Below, piece after piece: positions 48,322-63,467 of a stretch of 64,000 nt of DNA. Under the pieces are notes generated by a model that saw only the letters and a list, made by a program, of their open reading frames with translations, made no database searches and was not told the DNA's origin. Source of the stretch: the human T2T-CHM13v2.0 reference genome, Homo sapiens; assembly GCF_009914755.1 (NCBI RefSeq), contig NC_060933.1; one strand, written 5' to 3'. How positions within the stretch are numbered: the first letter of the stretch is position 1; each line of letters opens with the position of its first letter. A program made the position numbers and the translations under genes.

Positions 48322-49104
48322 CTATTAGGTCTGCTTGCTGCAGAGCTGAGTTCAATTCCTGGGTATCCTTGTTAACTTTCTGTCTTGTTGATCTGTCTAA
48401 TGTTGACAGTGGGGTGTTAAATTCTCCCATTATTACTGTGTGGGAGTCTAAGTCTCTTTGTAGGTCACTAAGGACTTGCTTTATGAATCTGGGTGCTCCT
48501 GTATTGGGTGCATATATATTTAGGATAGTTAGCTCTTCTTGTTGAATTGATCCCTTTACAATTATGTAATGGCCTTCTTGTCTCTTTTGATCTTTGTTGG
48601 TTTAAAGTCTGTTTTATCAGAGACTAGGATTGCAACCTCTGCCTTTTTCTGTTTTCCATTTGCTTGGTAGATCCTCCATCCCTTTATTTTGAGCCTATGT
48701 GTGTCTCTGCATGTGAGATGGGTTTCCTGAATACAGCACACTGATGGGTCTTGACTCTTTATCCAATTTGCCAGTCTGCGTCCTTTAATTGGAGCATTTA
48801 GCCCATTTACATTTAAAGTTAATATTGTCATGTGTGTATTTGGTCCTGTCATTATGATGTTAGCTGGTTATTTTGCTAGTTAGTTGATGCAGTTTCTTCC
48901 TAGCCTTGATGGTCCTTACATTTTGGCATGTTTTTGCAGTGGCTGGTACCGGTTGTTCCTTTCCATGTTTAGTGCTTCCTTCAGGAGCTCTTTTAGGGCA
49001 GGCCTGGTGGTGAGAAAATCTCTCAGCATTTGCTTGTCTGTAAAGTATTTTATTTCTCCTTCACTTATGAAGCTTAGTTTGGCTGGATATGAAATTCTGG
49101 GTTG

Positions 49105-50131
49105 GCAAATGGGATGTAATTAAACTAAAGCGCTTCTGCACAGCAAAGAAACTACCATCAGAGTGAACAGGCAACCTGCAAAATGGGAGAAAATTTTCGC
49201 AACCTACTCATCTGACAAAGGACTAATATCCAGAAACTACAATGAACTCAAACAAATTTACAAGAAAAAAACAAACAACCCCATCAAAAAGTGGGCAAAG
49301 TACATGAACAGACACTTCTCAAAAGAAGACATTTATGCAGCCAATAGACACATGAAAAAATGCTCATCATCACTGGCCATCAGAGAAATGCAAATCAAAA
49401 CTACAATGAGATACCATCTCACACCAGTTAGAATGGCAATCATTGAAAAGTCAGGAAACAACAGGTGCGGGAGAGGATCTGGAGAAACAGGAACACTTTT
49501 ACACTGTTGGTGGGACTATAAACTAGTTCAACCATTGTGGAAGTCAGTGTGGCGATTCCTCAGGGATCTAGAACTAGAAATACCATTGACCCAGCCATCC
49601 CATTACTGGGTATATACCCAAAGGACTATAAATCATGCTGCTATAAAGACACATTCACCCATATGTTTATTGTGGCACTATTCACAATAGCAAAGACTTG
49701 AAACCAACCCAAATGTCCAACAATGATAGACTGGATTAAGAAAATGTGGCACCTATACACCATGGAATACTATGCAGCCATAAAAAATGAAGAGTTCATG
49801 TCCTTTGTAGGGACAGGGATGAAATTGGAAATCATCATTCTCAGTAAACTATCACAAGGACAAAAAACCAAACACCGCATGTTCTCACTAATAGGTGGGA
49901 ATTGAACAATGAGAACACATGGACACAGGAAGGGGAACATCACACTCTGGGGACTGTTGTGGGGTTGGGGGAGGGGGGAGGGATAGCATTAGGAGATATA
50001 CCTAATGCTAAATGACGAGTTAATGGGTGCAGCACACCAGCATGGCAGATGTATACATATGTAACTAACCTGCATATTGTGCACATGAACCCTAAAACTT
50101 AAAGTATAATAATAATAAAATTAAAAAAAAA
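49105..50131 (+). mobile_element. 5'-truncated L1PA inserted in opposite orientation inside ORF1 of the host L1
   Basis: L1 ORF2 C-terminus, 3'UTR and poly(A). Perfect 14-bp TSD GAAATTCTGGGTTG at 49091-49104 and 50132-50145. Confidence 0.97.
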
Positions 50132-51144
50132 GAAATTCTGGGTTGAAAATTCTTTTCTTTAAGAATGTTGAATATTGGCCCCCACTCTCTTCTGGCTAGT
50201 AGAGTTTCTGCCGAGAAATCCGCTGTTAGTCTGATGGGCTTCCCTTTGTGGGTAACCTGACCTTTGTCTCTATTTGCCCTTAACATTTTTTCCTTCATTT
50301 CAACTTTGGTGTATCTGACAATTATGTGTCTTGGAGTTGCTATTCTTGAGGAGTATCTTTGTGGCATTCTCTGTATTTCCTGAATGTGAATGTTGGCCTG
50401 CCTTGCTAGATTGGGGAAGTTCTCCTGGATAATATCCTGCAGAGTGTTTTCCAACTTGGTTCCATTCTCCCCGTCACTTTCAGGTACACCAATCAGACGT
50501 AGATTTGGTGTTTTCATATAGTCCCATATTTCTTGGAGGCTTTGTTCGTTTCTTTTTATTCTTTTTTCTCTAAACTTCCCTTCTCTCTTCATTTCATTCA
50601 TTTCATCTTCCATCACTGATACCCTTTTTTCCAGTTGATCGCATCAGCTCCTGAGGCTTCTGCATTCTTCACGTAGTTCTCGAGCCTTGGCTTTCAGTTC
50701 CATCAGCTCCTTTCAGGACTTCTCTGCATTGATTATTCTAGTTATCCATTCATCTAATTTTTTTTCAAAGTTTTTATCTTCTTTGCCATTGCTTTGAATT
50801 TCCTCCTGTAGCTCGGAGTAGTTTGATCGTCTGAAGCCTTCTTCTCTCAGCTTGTCAAAGTCATTTTCTGTCCAGCTTTGTTCCATTGCTGGTGAGGAGC
50901 TGCATTCCTTTGGAGGAGGAGAGGCACTCTGCTTTTTAGAGTTTCCAGTTTTTCTGCTCTGTTTTTTCCCCATCTTTGTGGCTTTATCTGCTTTTGGTCT
51001 TTGATGATGGTGACGTACAGAAGGGTTTTTGGTGTGGACGTCCTCTCTGTTTGTTAGTTTTCCTTCTAACAGACAGGACCCTCAGCTGCAGGTCTGTTGC
51101 AGTTTGCTAGAGGTCCACTCCAGATGCTGTTTGCCTGGTATCAG

Positions 51145-51201
51145 CAGCGGTGGCTGCAGAACAGCGGTGGCTGTAAAACAGCAGTGGCTGTAGAACAGCG
51201 G
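51145..51201 (+). repeat. 17-bp tandem repeat x3.3 in the L1 5'UTR
   Basis: CAGCGGTGGCTGCAGAA / CAGCGGTGGCTGTAAAA / CAGCAGTGGCTGTAGAA / CAGCGG. Confidence 0.95.
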
Positions 51202-51582
51202 ATCTTGGTCAACTGCAAATGCTGCTGCCTGATTGTTCCTCTGGAAGTTTTGTCTCAGAGGAGTACCCAGCCATGTGAGGTGTCAGTCTGCCCCTACTGT
51301 GGGGTGCCTCCCAGTTAGACTGCTCAGGGGTCAAGGACCTGCTAGAGGAGGCAGTCTGCCCATTCTCAGATCTCCAGCTGCATGCTGGGAGAACCACTAC
51401 TCTCTTCAAAGCTGTCAGACAGGGACATTTAAGTCTGCAGAGGTTACTGCTGTCTTTTTGTTTGTCTGTGCCCTGCCCCCAGAGGTGGAGCCTACAGAGG
51501 CAGGCAGGCCTCCTTGAGCTGTGGTGGGCTCCACCCAGTTTGAGCTTCCTGGCTGCTTTGTTTGCCTAATCAAGCCTGGGCA

Positions 51583-52059
51583 ATGGCAGGCGCCCCTCCC
51601 TCAGCCTCGCTGCCGCCTTGCAGTTTGATCTCAGACTGCTGTGCTAGCAATCAGCGAGACTCTGTGGGCGTGGGACCCTCCGAGCCAGGTGCGGGATATA
51701 ATCTCCTGGTGTGCCATTTTTTAAGCCCATTGGAAAAGCACAGTATTAGGGTGGGAGTGACCCAATTTTCCAGGTGCCGTCTGTCACCCCTTTCTTTGAC
51801 TAGGAAAGGGAACTCCCTGACCCCTTGCACTTCCCGAGTGAGGCAATGCTTCACCCTGCTTTGGCTCGTGCACGGTGCGCTGCACCCACTGTCCTGCACC
51901 CACTGTCTGGCACTCCTTAGTGACATGAACCCGGTACCTCAGATGGAAATGCAGAAATCACCCATCTTCTGCGTCTTTCATGCTGGGAGCTGTAGGCGGG
52001 AGCTGTTCCTATTAAGCCATCTTGGCTCCACCCAAATTTCTTTTTTTTTAACTGTATAA
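51583..52059 (+). CDS. L1 antisense ORF0, open for 158 aa and running past the L1 5' end
   Basis: MAGAPPSASLPPCSLISDCCASNQRDSVGVGPSEPG matches the primate L1 ORF0 N-terminus. No stop until 52057-52059. Expression unknown. Confidence 0.6.
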   Translation: MAGAPPSASLPPCSLISDCCASNQRDSVGVGPSEPGAGYNLLVCHFLSPLEKHSIRVGVTQFSRCRLSPLSLTRKGNSLTPCTSRVRQCFTLLWLVHGALHPLSCTHCLALLSDMNPVPQMEMQKSPIFCVFHAGSCRRELFLLSHLGSTQISFFLTV

Positions 52060-52651
52060 TTATTTTATTTTTAATGTCCAGAATGTGTAATATAAGGGCC
52101 AGATCTTCCTCCTGGACTCAATTTTATAAATCCTTGATTGGTTGGTGAGGTCATTAGGGATACTTTTTCTTGTCTAATTTGGTTTCTGGGAAAGTTTTTT
52201 TCAAGTCCTCAATGGTCATCTGATCAAATGGAATTAAGTTCTTCATCTTCTCCTTCTGTTTCTCATATTCTACAATCCCGGCCTTTGAGAGAGACACCCA
52301 CTCAGCACAAGATTTCACATCTTCTTTGTCTTCAGCATCCAGCTGGGCAGTATATTTATCCTCTGGCACAGAAACTTCAGGGCATTAAGCTTCTTCTCAA
52401 AGTCATCCACCAAGCCTGCCTTGGCTACATGGGCCTTGTAGTAAGCCTAGTCAATAGCTGGTGGATTCTCAGGTAAAGTAGCCAACCTGGAGGTGAGGGT
52501 CTCATTCCAGGATTTCAGGGAATTAGCAATGGCCTTTTAGTTCTGGGGTATGATCTCCACAAAAGCTACACAGTCAGTGGTTTTTAGAGCAAGTTTTCGC
52601 CCAACCATCTTGGGATCCTTCACCAACCCTGGCTGCCCACGGTCCACAGCC
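52050..52651 (-). pseudogene. ATP synthase subunit d (ATP5PD/ATP5H) processed pseudogene
   Basis: ATG at 52608 (MVGRKLALKT..EIIPQN*), internal stops and a 1-nt deletion, then PEDKYTAQLDAEDKEDVKSCAEWVSLSKA..NLIPFDQMTIEDL..FPETKLDKKKYP. AATAAA and poly(A) at 52041-52070. TSD TAAATTTCTTT at 52652-52662 and 44800-44810. Confidence 0.96.
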
Positions 52652-53544
52652 TAAATTTCTTTAAAAATACTTCTAAAATTAAAGTAATGCTGTTTGTTTT
52701 GCTATAATAGTAATAAAGAGAAACCCAAAATTAAAAGAAATTTAATCTTCAGGCCCATGCAGAAAATTATAAAGAGCTAGTCTAAGAATCACCAATAGAC
52801 TTTTCAAAAAAGTTAGTATGCAAATTTTAGAGTTAGAAAAAAAATTAAATAAACCGAAACACCCTTGTAAAGTTTAGAATGCATAGATCATGAAGTATGA
52901 ACTTGGATGCTGATAAACTTCACAGGCCTTCATTTTACTTATTGCTTGACTTGTTACTGTCTTCTAAGCAAACCTAAAACAGAGAAAGTGATTCTATGAC
53001 ACTGAAGTGGTTAAGTTCCAGCCAGATCCAAAGCTATAAGCAAGCAAGTTTTGTTTTCATGTCCTCTCCTTCTCCTCCTTTCCCCTTTCCCCTTTCCCCT
53101 TTCCTATTCTCACTCCCGTGCCTTTCCCTGGAGTTTTTAGGGGCAGCCTTAAATCTATATTTACCCACTATATTCAGTATGTTTGATTATGCACAGCCTG
53201 AATTCAGATCCAAGACGATGATCCAGATTTTTGTTCATCAAAAGAACTTTATTTCTTTTCTGTAGATTTATAGCAGAGCCTAAGCACTGACTTATTTTTC
53301 TGCTACTCAATAGGCTCATCGTGCCTGGGGCCCTTGCTCTTACTTCTGTCTTCTGGAAGGCTCTTCTTGTGCATCTGCCCATGCTGGCTCCTTTTTTGAC
53401 ATTTAGGCCTCTACTCAGGTGCCACCTCTTGGGACAGATCTCCTCCACCAATCCTCCAATCCTTCAGTCCTGGCCTTGACACTTCCTAGTTTATCATTCC
53501 TTTTTCACTTTCCTATAATTCCTTTATGTAATCATCTTTAAATA

Positions 53545-55175
<1,631 letters not shown>

Positions 55176-55234
55176 ACTCTTCATCCTTTTTAGAAAACTT
55201 ACCATCATCTGAAATTATCCTATGTGCTTAGCTT

Positions 55235-55562
<328 letters not shown>

Positions 55563-58500
55563 TAAAAAAACTTCTGTTGGGAGACATCAAACCATGAGAC
55601 TCTCTAGAACCATGGGACCAGGGAGTTTGTACCTATCTCATTCTCTGTTCTACTCCAGCACCAAGAACAGTACCTGACACACCATAATTGTTTAATAAAT
55701 TGGTTGAAAGAAAGAAGGGAAGTTAAGAAATACTTAAGTTGAGGAAATTAAGGGAACTTAATATTTTGGAAAAGGAAGGATCAAATTGTTTTGTGAGAGC
55801 TATTAATATAATAATAGAGGTTTGCTGTGGTGCTAGCCTGGAAGATTAAATGCTCTTTTGGCCATGATATTTTGATCATAAGCTTACTTCTTTTAGGACC
55901 CATGAGGAGCTCTTTGGGGACACATTCATTCACTCATTCACCAAACATTTATCCAGCACCTTTGTGTAACACTTTGTTACAAAGGGCAGTAGACAAGGTC
56001 TTGTGCTCAAAGTATTAGGGGTCCCAGACAAGTTAAACAATAACTGAGACCAACCTCATCCAGATGCCATAAAAGTGATGTTTGTGCAGGGGTCTTTGAG
56101 TGATGTGGGAGAGGCATCTAACTCAGCCTTGGGAAAAGCTTTGCTGGAGAGGCCATCCTTGACGAAGTTTTTAAGTTTCAATAGGAAACTTTGAGCCCCA
56201 CCTTCCCTTCAAATGGGTCACTCTGTAACAATGTACCACAGGTTTCTTCTTGTGTTCTAAAGCACCTCCAGCTGTTTCTGGATTTGGGTCACTGTGGGTG
56301 GTTGTTTTACAGATTAACTCTGCAACTCTGCTCTAGGTCTCCCACTAAATGCTCCCTTAACACCCTTTCCCTCTCCTTCATATCACTTATTGCAATTATG
56401 ATAATTAATTATGCATCAAGCTATTTAATGCCTACTTCCCTCCCACTACGATATGAGTTTCCTGGAGGCAGGGATTGAATCTGTCCCAATCTGCTGCATT
56501 TCTGCTGCCTGACATAGTGAGTGACCCAGCCACTGAATGAAGCACTAGTCTCAAAGCTCTTGTAAAATCTGCCAGGTTACCTGAGAGCTTGTCCTCTGTG
56601 ATGAAGTGTTTTTGTCCTCTTGCTCAGTTTTAGGAATAACTGTTAGCTTTTCTTTTATTTTCAAATCACTTTAAGATAATTAATTTTCAAAATAAAGTTT
56701 TCCACCCCACCAAGGAAAAATAGAAACTTTCACATTATATGCAATGGTGGATGTTTGTGCCTTTAGTAATAAATTCGCTGATCTTGAAATGTTTCTAGTA
56801 TATCAATGATGCCCAGATGGTATGCTCTTGCATATCAGTAGTGTTTATAGTGTCCTAAAATGGTAGAACAAAAAACAAACGGAGAAAAAGTTATTTTGGT
56901 GCTAAATTACCAACAATTCCTCTGGGTAACACAATTTATTTTAGTTCTTCCTAACACACACACGTGCTTCCTCTCAGATGCTGTAATAGCAAATTGACAT
57001 TGAACTGGGGGTGGGAGTGGTCTGGAGAAGGGCATTACCATTGCTGAACACTTAATTGAGCACCTACTGTATGCTAAGCACTTTTCTAATATTCTGTCAT
57101 TTAGTCCCCATCTCCACTGAGGATGCTGAAGTCTAGACATCAGGAAATGGATGGTGAAGAAATATAGTCAAGATCTGGAATTCTCAGGGAATTAAGCACC
57201 CTCTTCTGCTTCTGTCTGTTAGCTGCTGAGTAAGAGGCAAAGGAAAAGGAAAGTCATGTGCCCTTCACTCAACAGCCAGTCTGTTTTGACTGAGCTGTGG
57301 CCATCCTGAATTATCCTCAGACCTTACAATCTCTCACTATGACCTTATGGTCACTGTTTGTGCCTTCACACAAGGCAGGTGTTGGCCCTGGCCAGGATCT
57401 CTCTGGGTGGTATTTTGGTAAAAGCCTTGTTTTTGTAAGAGAAAGCAGAGGTGGAACTCAAGAGTTAGTAGTTTACATGTATTTAAAAGGTGAGTTTTCT
57501 AAAACCTTCTAAGTAGTCATATTCTTTTTCAAATCCCAAATGATTCTGTTTGGAATAAACTACAAGTCATCATCTATTTACCACATTGAGAGAGTTGGAA
57601 AGCAGACAACAGGAAGAAAAGGGAGGAAGAAAGAAAATTAACATTTATTGAGCATTAATTCTGTGAACTGTTAGGTACTTGAGCATGTTATGTAAATTCT
57701 TGCAATCCTAGTGAGGTATATGCTTTTTATCTCATTATACAGATAAAAACACTGAGGCCTACATAGGTTAAATGATTTGCCTCAAATTGGCCTGCATGTT
57801 AGTGAGTAGTCAGCTTGTTCTCTCTGAGGCCCAAACCTGTGCTTTGCTTTACATGGCATGATTGTGTTAAGGACGGATGAAAGCAAGGTCACCTCCCTTC
57901 CCTCAGAATTAAAGACGTTATCTGTATCTCTAATGGGCAATGAGTTTCAAAGATGTACACCTTATGTGACAACTGGTATGCAATATATTACATTGTAGCT
58001 TTGCCCTTTTTTTTTCCTCCCCTGCTTCAAGGTCAAAATCTCTCATTTTCTTATATCTGCTAAAGAATTATTGGTTTGGTTTCCTGAGTTTCCTCTTTGC
58101 TTCAAGTTTTTCAATACTACAGAGATATGATGCTTTGACTAATAGCCTTTGGGAGACATTATAATATGAGGAAAAAGCCTCTTTTTAATAAGGAAATCAA
58201 TAGTAGCAGTGTCCAGTGGTTTTATTCGTGTGGCTGATTTCATGTGTGGATTTTTAATTGGCTCATATTTGAACAGGTGTCTAAAGATGGGGAGTTTTTT
58301 TCTGGAAACATTTGTTGTATTCATCTCATTGTGGCGAGTTCCTTGTATCAGATGAAATCTGCATAGCTCTTAAAGAGAGGAATGTCCTGACTTATGTGAG
58401 CTACACATCCGATGAGTCTCAAAAAAAGTAACTTAAATGAATTCATGTTTTAGGAGTATTGAAATAACTGCTACAAAACTGAATGAAAGCCAGATTATCT

Positions 58501-60122
58501 TTGAATCCCACATTTTACAGATGAGAAAACCAAATGCCAGGGAAAGAAACTGGCTTTGCCTGAGGTTACACAGCTCATTATAGCTCAGCTGGAGGACTGA
58601 GCTCACTTGGAACTGGAGGACATGATAGCTCACTTTGTAGGACTCTCTAGTGCCTTTGTTTCAGTATCAGATTGTTATGTACTGAATTCTATTTAAGGGA
58701 TCATAAAACATTCAACTCCATACAGGCACCAAGTCTTCTCAGAGAGGAAGAGAACTAGTAGATACTTTCTTTTCCTCTTAGGAAATATAGAGTTATTCTG
58801 CACCTCTTTACCTGGTCATGGAGTGATTGAGATTTTATAAACATAGGTGTAAAATGCATGGGAAGACTTCTTACCTAAAGAAAGGATTCTTTAAGTCGAG
58901 GATGTTCTCAGATCTGAAGCCTGTTTGGTTCACCAACGCCACGGTCTGAATGTCATAGCTCTGTCTGCATTACAGAGTAAAACACGTCTCACAAGACTGG
59001 TCAGCTACTCATGAACATATAAGGCATCTTTCATATACACCTACTTCATAAGGGCTTTGAGAGTAGGTGTTTGGCATCTTGTATATGCACATGTGCATTT
59101 ATTTAGAAGCCATTAATATTTGTAGAGGCAATTCAAAGTCTTGTTTATTCATTAGAAGAGTTTGATAGCTATAATTTCTTGATCTAAAAATTACAAAGGT
59201 AATGGTACTTCTGGTTGATCAAAGCACATTTTTGTGAGGGGGTGAAGTAGGGAAGCTTTATCAACATCAATGACAGAAAATGGCTTTAAGTAACAGAGAT
59301 GCTTTATATGTCGTCATTGAAGTTCCAAAACAATCTCAATCATGGAAGGATTGGGTGAGCTAAAATTTCAAACTGATGTAAAACAGCTAACAGCAAACAG
59401 ATGTGATTGATTTTAAGAGGCCTCAGATGAAGGCTCATGCAATTACAGTAAGAGGAATTGGCTGTTAAGAATAAATAACATTCTTGGTGACTAATCTGAA
59501 GGAGTTATGTTTGTAGGATTTTATTAGTCATTATTAATTATATATTTCTGCTGATTATAAAAATGTTACATATTCACTGTAGAAAAATTGAAAAACAGAG
59601 AAAAATATAAGGAAAATAAAATAATCCATAATAATAGATTCTTTCAGCTATTTTATTTTCCTATTTTTCTCTCTGTATACTTATAGATGTAAATGTTTAA
59701 CAAAATGATGCTTAAGTATTGCTTTATATATTCTTTCTTTTATTTGACATAAGCAAGTGTTTATCCTATATAATTCTTGAAAATGTATTTTTCAATTATA
59801 TGAATTACATAATTACATGCAATTATGTAATTATATGAATATATAGCTCTATTTAATAACTTCCCATTGTTGAATATTTATATTTTTATAATATATTATT
59901 ACTTATAATAACAAACACTGAATTTTTTACAGAAATGTGGTAAAGGACATTCTTGCAATACATCTTTATGTCCTACCTACAATTATTTACTGGAATAAAT
60001 TAGAGGTAGACTCACCTGGCTAAAGCATACCAATGTATTTAAAATTCCCAAAACTAATTGCTAAAATATCTTCCAGAAAGTGTACCAAATTACTTCCTCA
60101 CCTACAAAGCATGTAAGTGCTG

Positions 60123-60410
60123 TTTTTTTTTTAAGAGACAGCTCTCACTCTTGCTTAGGCTGGAGTGCAGTGGCATGATCACAGCTCACTGCAGTCTCAA
60201 ACTCCTGGGCTCACGTGGTCTTCCCGCCTAACCTGCCCAACAGATAGGACTATAGGCACTTGCCACCATGTCTGGTCAATTTTTATTATGTTTTGTAGAG
60301 ACAGGTCTACTCATGTTGCCCAGGCTGGTTTTGAACTCCTGGCCTCAAGCAATCCTCTTGCCTAAGTTCCTCAAAACATCGGGACTACAGGTGTGAGACA
60401 TCATGTCCGA
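60123..60410 (-). mobile_element. AluJ-like, inside a very old L1M remnant
   Basis: Diverged dimeric Alu (GATCACAGCTCACTGCAG). Confidence 0.9.
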
Positions 60411-62113
60411 TGTGAAACTGCTAATTTTATTATGCCTTTCCAAATCCTTAATATTTAAATATTTGGAGTTAAAATATTATGGATTTCTAATTTCCTTGAT
60501 TATTAAGCTTCTTTTTTAAATTTCAGAAATTAATGAGTGATATAAAGTCCTCTATCCCCACTTCCACACTGTCATTGCCAATAGAAGCCTGAGTAGCCTT
60601 AAATATAATGTCATATCCTGTAAAACCAATAACTCAAGTTCTGGATTTTATTGGGCCAGGCAAACTAGAAAGAAAACATAGCTACAACATGTTTAAAAAG
60701 CAAGACTATATCCTTTGATCCTTTTTTAACTCAGCTAATTGGCTCAGAACTTGTTTTAAAATTTTTCTTCCATGATAACTACATCCAAGACTTCACCACA
60801 TTTGTGATACCTGAAGGTAGATTCAAGGGGAACTAGATATGGTGACAACGAGCTCCTTAGGAGAGGTTCAAACCTTGCTGGAATCATAGAAAGACTGAGA
60901 TATCAGCCTGGTAAATAAGTCAGGGAAAGACACATCTACAATTTTTGCCAAATGAAAGACATCTTAATGATGTCTGAAGTAATTAACATAGAACTCCAAA
61001 TAGGAATTGAGTACTCTGACGTATGAGTGGATGTGTGTATTTACGGACGCATGTATGAACCAGGTTAGTCACAAGAACTGCATGGTTCTTGTGGTGGTTG
61101 GGATGAACAATCAATAGATTCTTGTTATGGGGTCTTCAGCAAGGCTCTTTTTCAGAACAGGATGTATCACAATGTAGCTACTTCATACTCACTTTTTACA
61201 ACCCACTCCTCTTTGCCGACTGTCAAAATCCTATCTTCTCTAATGGAAAGAAAAAGAGGGAGCAATCTGGGGTCAGTCTGGGCAGTGAAAAGCTGAGGTT
61301 TGTGGTTAAAGCCCTTCAGTGTGTGGCAGGGCAGAAAGAGCGGTGCAGTGAAAGAATAGTCAGGTACACTGATTTGATAGTGATTCATCTGACCAAGGAG
61401 AATGTGTCCTCATTTAAAATTTCAGGAAAATAATATACTGTAGTAGCAGTGTCATGCTAATGCCAAGATACCCAGAAGGTCAACTCCAAACTCAACAATT
61501 ACAGTGCAATGTTTATGGAATGTTTCTAAAGCAACCAATAAAGAATAATCTAAGACTGTGTCTACAGAACTTTTAATAACTATTAGTTTTTTTGAACTAG
61601 TTATTTGGCAATGTACATTTTTTAAAACCCTAGTTCTTTGCCACACTTAGTTATTTTAAACTGTATAGAGACAGAGCAGGTGGGTTAAGTGGGAACATAT
61701 CTTAGTTCAAGGATTGAATACGAAACCATCACTTTGTATACCAGCATTTCTTTTGCAATATCCAAGAATAAATTGGAAACTTGGGAACAACATATGCAGA
61801 ACATGTCTTTCCAGAGAGTATGGTAATTCATGATAATTTCCTCTTACAGAAAACAGAAGATGAAATAGTGGGATAGGCTTAGTTCTGACCATCAAAGAAT
61901 AATGGGATGGAGAAATAAGTGGCAGGAAGCTTGGGAAAAAATTACGCAAGTCACCGAGGATTCACTGATACATAAAGAAATGAAAGTCTCTGCAGGCATG
62001 GACTCTAGACCAGTGTTCTTCAGAGGGGTTGAGTTTTCTCCCAGAGAGAATGTGGGATGACACATTGGAGTGTGGAAGAAAATGCTGAACTGTTATTTTA
62101 AAATGTTTTATTA

Positions 62114-62460
62114 GTTATGGTGGATTGAATTGTGTCCTTCCAAAACATATGCTCAATGCCTAACTACCAGTAGCTATGAATGTTACCTTGTTTGGAAATA
62201 GGGTTTTGCACCTGTAACCAAGTTCACATGAGGCCACACTGAATTTGAGTAGATTCCAAATTCCATGACTGTCCTCATAAGAAGAGGAGAGGACACAGAG
62301 ATACATGCAGGGAAGACAGCCATGTGAAGACAGAAGCAGAGACTGGAGCCACGCAGCTCCAAGGAATCCCAGGGACTGCAAGGCACCGTAAGAAGCTGAA
62401 AAGCAAAGGGCAGCTTCTTCCTTTCAGCTTTCAGAGGAAATGTGGCCCTGCTGACACTTT
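62114..62460 (+). mobile_element. MLT1 (MaLR) LTR, 3'-incomplete
   Basis: GATTGAATTGTGTCCTTCCAAAA...GAATGTTACCTTGTTTGGAAATAGGG...GTGGCCCTGCTGACAC. Confidence 0.85.
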
Positions 62461-63413
62461 ACAGCATTTCTGTCAAAAATTCAGTGTTTATTATTATAAG
62501 TAATAATACATTATAAAAATATGAATATTCAACAATGGGAAATTATTAAATAGTGCTATATATTCATATAATGCCATTGAAAACTACATTTTCAAGAATT
62601 ATGATATAGGATAGACACTTGCTTACGTCAAATAAAAGAAGGAATATATGAAGCAATACTTAAGCATCATTTTGTTAAACATTCACATCTATAAGTACAC
62701 AGAGAAAAAAATAGAATATAACAGCTGAAATAATATATTATCATTATGGTTAGATTCAACAAGACTCTAATCACATTTAAAATAATATGGTGCAACATTA
62801 GTGAGTAAATACCAGCCATGTGATGGGCACACGGGTCAGAGCTAGAAGAACATGAGTAACATTGTAGAGCAAAAAAAGTCACCTAAAGCTGCACTGGCAC
62901 ATTCTATTACTTCACTGTGCTGAGTAATGCACAACAGTTTCTTCCATAATTACTTCTGATGAAGATGAACACATATATAACTATGGAGAGGTTTTATTTT
63001 ATGTGATGTCCACGGTAAAGCAGTTTAACAGTGACCATTAGAAATAGCAATGATTGCAATGATGTTTCCTATGCTTTAATTCTTTGATCAGCATTTCTTC
63101 TAGGTTTATAAACTACAAAGCTCATCAAACTCTCTCCAAACCAAATCCCTTGGCAAATCTGGGTATAGCAGGCCTTCACAGGGATCCAAAAATTTTAAAT
63201 AATGTTTCAAAATATTTTGGTACAAGTGGCTGAGCTAGATCCAACAATCAGCCTATATTTATTTTTCAATGCATCCTTTTGATTTCTATTTTTGTATGTC
63301 TTACAAAATATATAATATATGAGTTTCTATATATGCATATGTTCACATAGATCTGTCTATGCATGTGTGTGTATATATATGTGGATAGGTATATATAGCA
63401 TGTCTGTATATAT

Positions 63414-63416
<3 letters not shown>

Positions 63417-63465
<49 letters not shown>
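63417..63465. repeat. (TG)n microsatellite, ~24 units
   Basis: Uninterrupted TG run seen directly. Confidence 0.99.

Positions 63466-63467
<2 letters not shown>

Noticed and set aside
49105-50131. Twin-priming inversion of the host L1
   Set aside because: The segment has its own poly(A) and 14-bp TSD and duplicates rather than replaces the host 3' end, so it is a separate insertion.
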